Both the position numbers and the translations under genes were made by a program. Below the pieces are notes generated by a model, which was not told the DNA's origin, did not search any database, and saw only the letters and a program-made list of their open reading frames with translations. A DNA stretch of 63,188 nucleotides, counting the filler, from Neolecta irregularis DAH-3 (lineage: Eukaryota), in assembly GCA_001929475.1 (NCBI GenBank). It is 10 parts of 10 records of this genome, joined end to end, with 100 filler letters (N's around TTAATTAATTAA, not from the genome) between each part and the next. Parts side by side here need not be neighbours in the genome. Positions count along the whole stretch, not along the records: positions 1 to 16,477 come from LXFE01000161.1; 9 more parts are not named here. The stretch is one strand, 5' to 3'. Below are positions 1 through 13,211 of this stretch, piece after piece. Positions within the stretch are counted from its first letter, which is position 1. Each line of letters starts with the position of its first letter.

Positions 1-450
1 CGTTGAGCCGGCGAGTCATTGTCGTATAGGAAACTTCGAAGTGGCGGGCAGTAGCACGAATAGAAGCAAACTGCTCTTCGCGAAATGCAGTAATAGCCTT
101 TTGGAGTTGAATTTCACGATCCGTATGACTATAGGTCTTATTATAACCCATTGTTGTTGCGAACGCGTGGCGAAGGTGGAGCGACGGCGGGACGTGACCC
201 AAAGCCCCATAAACCACGTTAACAGTTTTCCCCCACAATTTCGCACTGCATTGATTCAAGGCAACTAAATGCCTGTTCTATTGAAGAACCACGTAGCCAT
301 GCAAGTAATTCATAACGAGGCAACAGGTAAAAAGAACAAAGGCAGACCAATGTGAGGAAGCTAGCGATCAAGTTCTCTAACTTATTGATTTGGATAAAAT
401 GGGGAGGGGGGTCGAGGACCATAACTGTGGACTTCGAGTTACTTTTATGC

Positions 451-2889
451 TTACATATCTTTAATTTTCTCTAGAGCTCTAGTCAAACTCTCGATCTGAC
501 CACGCAATATCTTCATTTCTTCTTCGATTCTCAATGAAGATGGAATCAGTTCATTTAGCTCGACGTCGGATAATGTGAAACTATAATTTTGCGGAAGAAC
601 ATTCTTTAGATTTCGAATGATTGTTCTTTCGATGACGCTAATAGCGACGTTGTCAACAAATCTTCTCCGGGCGACTTTATAGTATGCTTTTAATGTATCA
701 TGAATATCTTCGAATACATCTTCGTTATTCCGAATGTGTTGAGAAGGGATAGAAACATTGAGCTGTGACAACACGTGGCCAGACGATACTTGTGTTTTTG
801 TTGTAGCTTTCTTGACTGTTTGTCCGATGCGTTGATATTTGACTTTTCGAAGGGTATCCGCAAGACTATAATTATATGTTAATAAAGGACCGATTCGTTC
901 ATCATCAACAACTTCTTTCAATCTTTTCATTGCGAGCTGGTAATTTTCGTCTAATTTGACATTGACAACTTGCCGAATCGAATAGGCGACATGCGGAATC
1001 ATGATAATGTGATCTAATATGTGATGGACTGCTTTAGAACATAGAGCAGAAACATCAGAGACATGATCAGATGCTATCTCTTCCCACTGTACCGTTTGTT
1101 GGCGAAAGAGATTCAGTAGAAGATTTGAATTACTGCCCACAAGTTCTGGACCACGAAACTGCTTGTATCCCGTCTGAATCCACATAAACGTCTCCTCCAG
1201 TTTCTCTTCATCCGCTTGCAATTTCTGGCGCTTGTTCGGAGTCGATTCAAATTGGTTGTCGATCGCATTGGTTTCCCGTTCATCAGATGCGAAACTCTCG
1301 CCACCATCAATTAAAACTTCCTTCCCAAATGCATAAAGGTGAGCTTTCTGAGCAAAGTATTTGCTAAACTCCTCGTTCAAGATTTGAACTTCTGCACGAA
1401 TCCGGGTTGTTTCGATTTCGAACGGATTTCCGTCATACAATCCATTGAGAGCATTGCTTACGAGACGATGGAATTCAAAAGTAATTTTGCTAAGAAATTG
1501 GCGTCTGGTATTGGTATCACAGAGAGATGGCCCCAGGTTATTTAGCTTGGTTTTAACTTCCTGTAATTGTACATGGATGTCTTTCTTGACTCGTGGTAGA
1601 TGTTCCTGTATATGACTGTAAAGGAGTTCTGCGAGATGGGAGCGAAGGTTTTTGATTCCAACTCGATCTCCCGAGATTCGATCCCAGGGTGCTCTATTGA
1701 AGAATTGAATCTCTTTGATGGCGCGTTCGTCACATGCGATACATGTATCTAGCTCGGCCTGGCTTCGATTTCTGACGATAAACCAACCAAGCGCAAGCTG
1801 GGCCTTTTCATTTTCTAAGATAGAAAGGACCTATTAGATGAGAAGAGAGGTCTTGAGAATGCTTGTTACTTTCTTTTCTGCTCCGGGGTTGACCAAGTCT
1901 GGTTTCGTAAGAATACCCAATGTTCGCAAGCCGCTTGAATCAACCAATCTAGCTTCTTGGAAAATCGTACTATTTGCGAGATCGTTGGGTGCGGGGTGAA
2001 CAGCCAGAATAATAGTTCGTTGATCTCGGATGAAATTCCTGACCATGCTCTTAATTATCTCAATCTCGTGGGCGTTGTCGCCTGTTTCTGTCGAGTTAAT
2101 ATATCCCGGAAGATCAACGACCGAAAGATGACTTTGGTCTGGACCTGAAATCTCAATCGACAAAATGTCTGAAGAAAATCTAGGTTTATTCTGTGCAAAA
2201 GATGACAAGGTCCCGCTCTCGGCTAAGATGACCTTCATCGCCTCGTTAACAAGTTTAGGGATCGCCGAAGTGTCCGCTTCGGCTTTCATCTCTTTCGCTC
2301 GATCATTCAACGATGTTTCTTCTTGCCTTAAGCGTCGCTTTTGATCTTGATATCGATTTTCCGCAGGTATGATTCTGATTTGAAAATGCCTTGTCTCAGA
2401 TCTTCGCAGAACAACCTAACCTGTCAGATGATATAAAAATAACGTAAATACCTGGGTAGCAAATCTAGTACAAAGGTCGTCATTCCGTGGGAAAGGGATT
2501 TGTGTTATTCCTTCAAGAACTGAACTTTTTCCGCTGGATTGCTCGCCGCATACAACTATTTGGGGAAGGGTAACTAGCCGTTGGATACCTAACTCTCGCC
2601 AGTCATCGATAAGATCCAACAATCGCTTCCGGTTTTCAGAATTCAAATTACTGGTTTCCAGCCTTTTAGGAGTCGTCCCTTGAAGAGTGTCAGGAACCCG
2701 AGGTGGACCATTAGCTAACATCGGAATGGTAGACTTCAACTGAGATGGAAATGATACAGTCGGTTTATCCTCGGAATTTCGAGAGTTCGATATAAAATAA
2801 CTTTGAGCGGGAGCAGGAGGCGAAAATGAGAAACGACCACTCGATAATTTATTGTCGAGGTCAGGAAATGATCCAGGAACTGAGGTCAT
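451..2889 (-). CDS. Dynamin-related GTPase, fungal Mx-like subfamily (multi-exon)
   Basis: ORFs 2416-2901, 1834-2310 and 451-1440 give G1 LPQIVVCGEQSSGKSSVLE, CTRFAT, G3 VVDLPG, G4 ILTKPD and C-terminal GED-like AYYKVARRRFVDNV; joined by short GT-AG introns. Confidence 0.9.
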
Positions 2890-4703
2890 TGGCTGTGTCA
2901 ATCCAGGGGCTCGTCAACAAAGTTACAACAGAATAACTGAACTAATCAGAGATGTCTCAGACCAGGAATACGCGATGAATGTTGGTCGATGATCGATATT
3001 GCGGCCAATACTTTGATTCAAGTTCAGGGGTCTAGGTAAGTACCTGAACGATGAAAGCTGAACCTTTTGGAAACCGGAGACCGATCTGACACTTTTACAG
3101 AGTCCTTTAAAACAATATGTCGAATAAAATTTCTATATTGTGTCCAAGTTGAATGAAGAAAAAAGTTTGAGATGTTAAGATTCTAAATTCTTGATTTGCA
3201 GAAAGCTGTCTTGACAGTGGGGGTTATGGGACCTTGTTGATATACCATAAATTACCAGTTTGTTAAATAAATTATCCAACATCAATCCTTACCTTTGCCT
3301 TTGGGATGTTGTGTCAATGCATTCCTTGGCAGATTTATGACAGGGTTCACTGTAAGATGCAAAGCGAGCAGGCAGGCGTTGGCTTGTCCGCATACTCAAC
3401 CGCCATATCAGGGTTGTACAATTTATCACCTTCCCTTCTCTTCATGCGTTCGCGGTAGATGTCAAGAGAATTTCGATGAGGTCTGTGGCCTTGTATTCCA
3501 GAATCAATAGCTAAACCAGCGGCTAAAGAAATGGTCAATTTGGATTAAAGCAAGAGTGAGATAGTACAATATTGCTTCTCCATAGCCCTGGTCGTAAGCT
3601 GAGGAGCAATACCAGTGCTCGAGCTTAAGACGTAAAAGGCGCCTCCAGTACGAGTCGAATTATACTCGTTAACTGTAAGGTGAGAGGATCCAGCGGTAGT
3701 GATGAGTGCTGCTTAAAGTTATTCCCTGTTTCGGAGGTGTGTTTTATGCATATAGGAAACCAGTCCCTGTTCACTTTTCTAGAGATATCTTTAAAATCGA
3801 TAAGATGATAGAGCCCACGGATTCACAATATCTGGAAAGAAATTGCCACAAACGAGGATGCTGATGTTTGATTGGAAGAACAGAGCTTAACACTTGAGTG
3901 ACGCAGAGATTGTCATTAGCTCTAAGCTTACAAGTACAAAGTCTTTGTCTTGACTTCGAAAGAGAAAAACGAAGGATCTGTCTTTTGACTAGGGCAGAAT
4001 TTCTGGTAAGGTCAATTATTGGTCGACCGAAGGCTCGAAGAGCCACGAGTTCACAAATTGAAGTTGTTGGTTTTATTTTCGAAGATTCGCGCTTTGATAA
4101 CCCAATTTGTTTGGGGATGTGGTTTTGGTAAAAGTCTTGAAACATATCTCCGATGAGGAACGCCTTGCATGGTTTTGACTCAAACAAGTTCCCTCGTGGC
4201 GCCTGGCCCAATATATAATAGAGCCGATTGTTGATTTTACTGTTTCTCCTTTGTTCAAGGTCATTTGTCGAGTATCCTTGCACCTCTGGTCACAAAAGAG
4301 ATGACTCTGGCCAATTGCATAGCAAACGTAAAGCTTTCCGTGTGCTGTCAACAGATATGTCACATTAGCATAGAATATGCTTCTGTGGAAACACTACAAC
4401 TTGCTAAAAGGAGCTCGATAGCCGAGTTTTATAGCACAATGATTTTTCTTTTTGCAAGCTTGGTGATCTACCGGAACTGCCCGCGGACCGAAGTAATAAT
4501 ATTGTGTCAACGTTTTAGAAGCCGGGCTGTACAGGGAAAATGATATGCTATTAGTTTAAAGTTATTTGCATAGAGATTGCGAGATGCCAATCAGAAAGCC
4601 CACCAAAGATGTTTCTCATATATCGCCAGTTATGTAGGAGAAACAGTTGACCGGAATTACCTCTCAATTTGGAGAAGTCTTTCAATCCGAAACAATCTGT
4701 AAG

Positions 4704-4850
4704 CTATGCGCTTAGAAATACGATAAGACCAAGTGCTACAACTAGCCTAAGTATTCGTACTTGGCTAGTAATATCTAACTTCCGCTTTTATATACTTCCC
4801 GACAAGCCACCTTGCCGTATTGGTAAGATATACCCAAAGGGTATATCCTT
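4704..4850. repeat. Dispersed ~150-bp hairpin-rich repeat, copy 1
   Basis: Highly similar to 26135-26284 (ctatgcgcttagaa...actagcctaagtattcgtacttggctag...gatatacccaaagggtatat). Confidence 0.9.
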
Positions 4851-5995
4851 CCACAATCAATATACGGAGGATGAAGACCACTACAAAGATGTCTCATACG
4901 TCCTTCAGCCAGGAAATGACCTTTGTGAAATTTCCGTACACGACAGACAGATTCCTTTGAAAATTTGTTATACAATCTTGCACGCAGAAATACGTCTACT
5001 ACTGAGACTAAATGGGGGGTTATTTGTATTTTCTCGCGATATATACCGCAGTATGTGCTCGCAGACAAAAACTCGATAGGAATTCAAGATAAGCTATATC
5101 TTTCAGACGAATGAATGTAATTTGGACTTACAACCAAAACAATAGCAATCGAACAAACTTCCAGAGGGAATCTTTGTCGTTTCCTCGATGTTGCTGGCTG
5201 TTTAGGAATGGTAGTAATGCGTTCAGTTTTTGAACATGCGATTCTGTGACGAGTATGTATAGACCCTCAAGAAACGCAGGTTGGGGCTGTGTGGGGTTTA
5301 TGCAGCTCTCATGCCATAGTCAGGCATGAATATGACGAAACCACAGGGGCCGATGCCATTACATCTCTGTGTTGGCGGAGGCGGTCTAATAGGTACAACC
5401 GACCAACCTTTGTGAAGTTTGGTCATTTGTGGTCATTCAGACTTTACAGGTTGAAGTGTACACCAAGTTATACGTATAGTCCCAGCAGGGTTGTAAGGCT
5501 AGGACAATTGTAACGTGGGAAAGACTTCAAGAGCTTAGATCATGTTCTCTTTGATGACCAGTGATAAACCATAGCTTGAAGAATCCTTAGCGAGCAAATA
5601 TGGCGGTTACTGCATTGAGATTACAAATGTCTTTGGACATTCGAAGTTAATAAAGGATTTTTCGAACATCATGATAATTTATAACCGAAGGACACACGGC
5701 ATGCAAATTTAATACAAACTCAAATGCATCGAGCTACAATTCATTCCACCAATAGCTTTAAAAGTTGCAAGGTGCAGTTCGAAAGGCCCGATCGAGGCGT
5801 TAAACCAAATTTACAAATGTTTACACGTACTAATCATAGGCCCACTCGAAGAATTAAAATCTTTCGGCGCGAAAAGGAAACTACGCACATGTATTGTGGT
5901 ACTCGAGTTGGTGGTAAGCGAAATCAAAGTGCGCAGAGTTTTGTTGTGATCTTGCAATTATTGACTCCCACCTACATCATTACTTAGAGATAAGA

Positions 5996-8014
5996 ATGGG
6001 AAAGAATACTGATAAGGTGTGCTTTATCACCTGGATGCTTGCTAAAGACTTTAGCTTTATATTACATATTCTGGTTTGACTCTCGTGAATTCAAGATGCC
6101 ATTGACAAGCTAGAATGGAGCGGAGCAGACGGGCGGCACGGCGCGAGTTCAGGAACAACTGGAAAGAAAGTCCATAAACCATTTCGAAGGCTGCCTTACA
6201 ATTATTGCTCACTCTCTTTGCAACCCTTTCGAAATCCCGTGTGTACACAAGATGGTACGATATTCGATATCGAGTATATGCTGGCTTCTCATTCAATACT
6301 CTGACAGATGCAGGAACATATTATCATGGCTCGAAAAGAAAGGAACCAATCCTGTGACTGGAAAGAAGATGGATCAGAAGGAACTGATGAAGCTCAATTT
6401 CCACAAGAACGAGGATGGAGAGTATTCATGCCCGGTCACTTTCAAAGTGTTCAACGATCATACCCATATTGTTGCTCTAAAACCAACGGGGAATGTATTT
6501 TCATGGGAGGCGGTGGATCGTCTGAATATTAAAGCTAAGCTATGGTGCACTTCCTCTCAACAGCTTTCGTTAATCGTTCAGGAGAGATCTCGTTACAAAT
6601 GTACCGTTTACCAGACATGATATCATGACCATACAAGTAAGTATGTTGACTGTCTATAATCATAAACGTTAGGACCCCCACAACCTCTCAAACCGTGATA
6701 TGTCGACCTTTCAGCATCTTGATAATGGACAGAAGAGAGATGAAAGTATGGTTTTGGCTCTTTGTTTCGCTTACATTAAGATGACCCCCTAGATCCCGCA
6801 AAAGGAATAAACCTTGCTGCTGCAGGTTCTTCTGCAAAGATAATCGCGGCAAATGAAGTATAAAAATTGGGCCAGTCAGGCAAATCTGATATATAGGCCG
6901 TCAGGGCTCTCCGAGACAAGTCTACAGCCGATCCAAACTTCAACCCTGCCTCACACAATTCTAAAACAATTGCCAAACCTTCTTCCACAAAAATTGTTTC
7001 TCACGTTTCCAAAAAACCATTACCTTACAATGCAGCTGTGCATAGTACTGGATTGACTGCTGCATCTCTTACGTCGACTTCATTCAGTCCACAAACTTTT
7101 ACCGAGCGTGCCACCCTCACTGAGGAAGAGGTTTTGCTCAAGCCTCGGAAAATCTGGATAAAAGGCTATGCAAGGATAAATACTTCACTGGGCGCCGTCA
7201 ACGTGGAACTGCATACTGAATACGCTCCAAAAGCGGTTTATAATTTTGTTAAATTAGCGCAACAGGGATACTACAATGGCATCGTTTTCCATCGAAATAT
7301 TCGTAATTTTATGGTATATATCAGATATAATTTGGTTGTTGACAAGTAGGTTCAAGGGGGCGATCCAACCGGCACTGGTCGGGGAGGGACTTCATATTGG
7401 GGCAAGGATTTTGCAGATGAACTCCAAAATCCGCTTGTTCACGATTCTCGAGGTATTATGAGTATGGCCAACAAAGGCAAGAACACGAATTCAAGTCAAT
7501 TGTGCTTTGCTTCATACCTTTTGTGATCTAATTCTCCAGTTTCATAACTTACCGCGCAATGAAGCATCTCGATAATAAACACACTATTTTCGGGAAAGTA
7601 GTTGGAGGGCTTGACGTTCTTGATCGGATGGAAAAGGCGCCAACCGGCGAAAATGATCGCCCTGAACCTGACATTGAGATAAAAGAAGTGGTTGTATTCA
7701 TTGATCCATTTGAAGAATTTCAGAAACAGCGGCTAGAGAACGAAGAAAAAGAAAAAAGGGAAGCCGAACAGAAGAAAATCGGAAGGGAGGAAGATCGTAC
7801 CACGTTCACCGGTAAAGTTGTAGGTTCTTCAATAAAAAGAACTATCACCAGTCAAAATAGAAGCGGCGTGGGCAAATATCTCGGTGATCTTCAAACTGCA
7901 GAATCGACAACATCTTCGGCCTTGAATATTCCAGAGCCCCTGGAAGAAATCTTCCCACAACCTGTTAAAAAGAAAGCCCGCACTGGTGGATTTAATAATT
8001 TTGATGGGTGGTGA
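5996..8014 (+). CDS. PPIL2: Peptidyl-prolyl cis-trans isomerase-like 2 (U-box + cyclophilin; PPIL2/Cyp60 ortholog), multi-exon
   Basis: N-terminus MGKNTDK|LYIT..EW, U-box [25 protein letters not shown], cyclophilin [37 protein letters not shown]-terminal GGFNNFDGW. Confidence 0.92.
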
Positions 8015-8524
8015 CACTGTATAATCTTTGTCATATATGCACAAATTATTAACCGTCAGTCATTCGAAACAATACACATGTCAAATCAGATTTGATTATG
8101 TCACAGGCTCTGTACTGTGAATTCGGAAACGCAGTAATATACTTTCCACACGCCGCATATTATACTTTTTCTGGCAATTCAAGAATAAGCCTCTAAGATC
8201 TGTTTTTTTCTTAGGAAACAGTTTAAAGGGTTACGGCTTGTTAGAAGAGGGCCCTACAATCGGATTGTATCATTCAAAAAGCTCAAATAAACTTGTAAAA
8301 TCCTCGTGATGATTGGAAGAATACAGCGCATATGATGTCTACTTCACCATCGTGCATGGTAAAGGGTACTGGATTTAGTGGAGTAATAAAAAGGCGGAGT
8401 TCCGTTTGTGGGATGAAGAAATGATCATGACGAAACACAATCGAAGTTCCACTGCCAAATTTCATGACTATCAGAGATGAATGAGTATAGTATATGCAAA
8501 TCATTCCTAGATATATCTTCCAAA

Positions 8525-11500
8525 TCATAAATCCCAAGTCGCTAAAACCTTGTGTTCATCGAGATGCAATTTTTTCCTCCGTCTCCCTATTCCTTCCTCT
8601 GCAGCTTTGGCAGCTCTAGTATGCCGTTTCCTACTTTTTCCTCCAAAAGTTAACAGATTTGACCGTTCGTAGACTTCTTTTTCAATTTCTTGATCGGCAA
8701 GGATAATGGAGCGGATGTAACAACCCACTTCAGTCGCGAGAATAGGAAGAGGAAGAAGGGTTATGTTGTGAGGAAATTGGGGACCGATCCAATCGGAGGG
8801 TGTAGAGAGGGGTTCCAAGGAAGTAGCGTAGATTTCCGATATGTCAACGCTTGAGATAAGTGTACGTACAGATGTGAACAATACCGTTCTGCTGTTTTTT
8901 CTGCTACTAGCATTTCAAACATTTGAGCTCTATTTGGCTCGCAAACATTGATTCCCTCATAAGGCATAGCCTCAATTTCGCTCTGAAATAACGACCTCGC
9001 GGTTTCAAAGAGCTTATATGAGACGTCAAGTTCCCCGAGACAAGGGGGAACTAGATCACCTGAAGGTTGTACCAAGTGTGTATATCCCTGAAGTATATCC
9101 AATTTCCGGGGTCGAACCTTTGTCGCGAACGGATTTGCAGGGATTGACTCGTCAAACTTCGGGAGAGGAGGCTAGAGAGGAGTGTCAACTCTAATTGCAG
9201 GAACCAGGAATACCTCAACAACATTGTATATAGTCCTTCGTGAACTCAGTTCTCCATCCATAAATGAGACTGCCTCAAAATATCGGTCCAAAACACCGAG
9301 AACATCAGTATTATGCTTTGCCTCATGAGGTGTCTCATCTGAAACTTGTATCTTTTGCAGCCTCTCTAGAATGTTGTCATCTAGTATTTCATTATTTCCC
9401 TGAAAGCCCATGCCAAGAGAATAAGTCTCAGTAGAGATAACTCTCATAGGCTCATCGCCATCGACCCCCAGGATATAGAACCAACTTGTCCCTGCACGAT
9501 CACAGCCCACACCCATTTGACACCAAAGTTGCAGTTGCGAAATAGTCTTCCGCAAGTCACCTCCATTCAGTAGAAACAGCTTTAAAATCGCGTCAGTAGA
9601 TATTAGGTGCCCTTCGTTGAGACATAAAGTATATAAATAATCGACCGAAAGTTCCGTTGGAGGCGAAGTATATGTTAATATAGTGCGCGGGTCCAACTCT
9701 TCTGCTAACAACTCAACGTCTATTCAATGAATCATATGAAATGATAGGCGAGATATACCGTTGCAAGTCAAAACAATAGGTCGTCGACTTTTCTCAATTA
9801 GCTCCATAACTGAACTCCAAAATCCCTTGTCTTCCTCGAAAAGAACATCGACCTCTTCAATTAATATGAGACTTTGCTTCCCGCTTCCGACCAGGTGGCT
9901 CTGCGCGACTTCACCAACTTGGTCCAAGAGGTCCTTCCCGCAACGCCGATTTCCAGAGTGAACTTCAAAGACTTCAAAGCCCAGTTCGTTTGCACAGGCG
10001 TATACACTGGCCGTTTTACCAATACCGTGCGGTCCAGCTAAGATGATATAATTCGACTGGTCGAGAATTTTATTATCCGTCTTTGGAGGCTTTTTCATTT
10101 TTGGTTTATCGAGGTAATCATCGTCCTCCGAATCTTCAATTTCATCTTCGTCATCGATGACAAAGCCATCCATTTCAATATCATAATTAGACAACTTTTT
10201 CGGCTTCTTGGCAATTATTCTTCGATCTAATTTAACTCCTAACTGAAGTCTTTCTAGCCAGGTTTTCAACGTCAAGGAACATTGGTTCGCTTGAAGGATC
10301 TCAGAGCTCATTATGGGTGCATACTTATTCGTCCATAGCTGAGTTTCTCGTAGAGCACAATCATGCGGTTTCAAGAGGGGAAGAGAGGAATATACTCGGC
10401 TTAATTTTGGATTTTCTGGAGAGTTGCATAAGGTGTTGTCTGCGAGGTATTGTAACTTTGAGGGATCACAAAATATCTTGTGAGGATACTTCCTTTCTAG
10501 TTTTTCTGATGTCTGTAATTTTTGGACGAGTTTATTGATAATGTATTCTTCCGGTGGGATGATCAGTTCTTTCTGCTTCCCTTTCTGGTCTGATTGTTTG
10601 AGTGAAGGAAGACTGACGGCTTCTGCAGGCGTGCATAGCCCTCGTACATGCATATTTTCTGAATTGGGAAAGGAGGCCGAGCTGCCTTCTGTCAGCCGAT
10701 AAGTAGCTTGTGTTAAGCCCATAGATAATCCGAGATTTTGGACAGAAGAAGAACTGCAATCAGAGGCGCTCTTGGATGTGAAAAATGGATGTAGTGATTT
10801 TGGTGATTGATGTAATCGAGCATTGGGTATTTCTATAGAGACATGTGACGGTTGACTCTCGGGATATGACCCATTAGCGGGATCTGCAGGATCCTTTGAC
10901 TTTCGACGTTTGCGAGGTGGACCTTCTTCGGCTTCTAAATTGTCTTTGGGGGTAAAGGAAGAAAGAGACTTTTTCAATTCGTCGCCTGAGGATCAATTAT
11001 AGTCAAGATATGTTTTGTACGAGCTTTCTTCCCCATGAAGAAAGGATGCAAAGCCCGGGAAGACGGATTCAGCCTGTTGATCATTTGAACATCATCTAAT
11101 GGATGATTATGGGAATTCGACGGCAAATTTAACTTGACAATCAAGGATCTAGAAGGGGAAGGTTGGGGGATTTTAGCGGGAGTCTCTGGAACAACCTCAT
11201 TTGGGAAAATGATTGATGGAGTCAACAATTCACATTCTGTGCTTTCTTGGCTCCAAAATAATGGGCATGGAGACAATTCAAGCTCGGAATGCTTCTTTTG
11301 TGTCGGCTGTTTTGAATGTGATTGTCGTTGCAAGAGATGAGGCTGTGCCTTGGGTATTGAAGGTTCGTGTGGACAAACAGTCTCTGTGCCTAAACCCTGT
11401 ACAGCCCAAATGTGCATCAAGGTGGCTGAGTTCCTCGTTCTTCTTGATGATGCTTCAGACGCTGCATTTTTGGGTGAAACAGGGCAGTGGGGTTGTTTTG

Positions 11501-11531
11501 GATGTGGGGGAGGCGAATGCATAGCCAGCAT
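8525..11531 (-). CDS. ELG1: ELG1/ATAD5-like RFC-related AAA+ PCNA unloader, multi-exon
   Basis: QLWTNKYAP, Walker A GPHGIGKT, ACANELGFEVFEV, RRCGKDLLDQVGE, SLILIEEVDVLFEEDKGFW, SRRPIVLTCN, GDLRKTISQLQLW. Confidence 0.88.
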
Positions 11532-11589
11532 TGTCGGCGAGTGGGTGCAACGACCAATATGACAAAGGATATGTTCAATGGAAGACGAC

Positions 11590-11692
11590 TGCAGATGGAC
11601 GAGTGGATGGATGAGAGGTGGACAAATGGACAGATGATGGATGGATGGATAAATGGAAGATGGATGGAGTTGATGGTACAGAGCTGGATGAT
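11590..11692. repeat. Degenerate (GATG/ATGG)n low-complexity tract in the ELG1-STE50 divergent promoter
   Basis: gatggacgagtggatggatgagaggtggac...gatgatggatggatggataaatggaagatggatggag. Confidence 0.7.
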
Positions 11693-11753
11693 GCTCATTC
11701 ATTACTCACCACCACTGCGCCCCCCCACCTGCCATTTTTTCTGCCCACCATCA

Positions 11754-13007
11754 ATGGACAACCACCGTACCCGCCCTCTGTGCCGCTGACTCGCCCGCTC
11801 ACTCGCTGCAAGGCTCCCCCAATAACAGCCCGCGCTCTCCTCTTCCCACCGCCAGAGTCACCCGCTGGTCCATCTCGCAAGTTGCCGATTGGCTCTACTC
11901 TCTTGGCCTCGCCCACTACGACCAGAACTTTAGAGGTGCCCGCTTAGAGTCTGCGATTTTCTGTTGATAGATAGAGAACGAGATCGATGGAGAGGTCCTA
12001 GTCCATCTAGATCACGAAGCACTCAAAGACCTCGGCGTTAAGAGCATGGGCCATCGGCTGTCGCTGTTGAAGGAAATCTACAACCTCAAGATTGCGCACG
12101 GAGTGCCAATCGATCCAGATCATTTTGTTCCGCTTTGTAAGTCCTTGTGGCCAGAGGATCATTGATACGACAGCCGCTGAGGACGACGAGGAAGCCCAGT
12201 ATACCGAAGATACAGTCGATGTGTCCTACCTCACAAATGCTTTGCTGTTACGAGACGAAAGAATCCAGTCCTGCGAAATGGAAATCAGAAAACTGTCCGA
12301 ATCACTTTCAAAATTACGAGAAGACCCCCTCACCGTTTTCCGGCTCGTCAAGGATTCTAAAGTATCGCCCATGATCACCTTGAATGCTAACAAACAAAGC
12401 CACTCCCCATCCCTGAAGCCTCGTCTGGCTCGCTTCTCTCTCGCAAATTTTCTACAAAGAAACTTTTCCTTGGAACCCCCAGAACCCAACATAGTCCTAC
12501 GTACGACCACCAAGGAAGTCCCCCTGAAAGCCCCCGTTCTCCGCTAAACGACGTACTCCCGCCTATTATTCGGATCTAAATCACTAGCAACGAACACCAA
12601 CTACTGTCTCGTCTCCCAAAATTCCAGATAAACGCCAGCCATTCCCACCTCCAAAGGACACCGAACCATTCAAGTCTTTTCGAGTTAGCCTCGAAGACCC
12701 GTGTTGGAAAGTTCTTCCTGCTGCCCTCAAACGGTACAAGATCCATGGAGATTGGCGGGGTTATGCACTCTTTATATGTTATGGTGACCAAGGTGCCTTT
12801 CTTTGCTAGTTCATGTTAATGAGTAAAGAACGGTGTTTGGGACTCGATGAAAAGCCTTTGCTTTTGTTCCAGCAATTACAGAGAGAGGGCAAAAATCCAG
12901 TGTTTATGTTACGTCAGATGGACGGTTCAAGCATTCATCAACCTCCTGCTCCCCAGCAGGCATATGGAGGTAATCAGAGATACCGGGATGGTGTCATGAT
13001 GTTATGA
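11754..13007 (+). CDS. STE50: SAM + Ras-association MAPK adaptor (Ste50 / S. pombe Ste4 family), multi-exon
   Basis: Spliced SAM domain WSISQVADWLYSLGLAHYDQNFR|ENEIDGEVLVHLDHEALKDLGVKSMGHRLSLLK; RA domain EPFKSFRVSLEDPCWKVLPAALKRY...ERCLGLDEKPLLLFQQLQREGKNPVFMLR. Start codon uncertain. Confidence 0.88.
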
Positions 13008-13211
13008 TGTTATGATCCTCCCTTTGGCTTTTATTTGGAGTTTCTTTGGGTGTATGGTGTTAAAACTTGTTGTTTTGCTTCATTCTTTTGGCCAAGGAAG
13101 TTAGTTAGAGTTTCTATGTGTTGTAATGCATTGACAGTAGGTGTTGAAGTTGTGATTCCATTATAAATGAATAAAGGGACAGTTTATTTTGACAAATCTT
13201 TACATGCAAGC

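Noticed and set aside
3295-5987. ORFs of 60-170 aa between the dynamin and PPIL2 genes
   Set aside because: No recognisable motifs, mostly non-ATG starts, and one overlaps the dispersed repeat; probably non-coding or decayed
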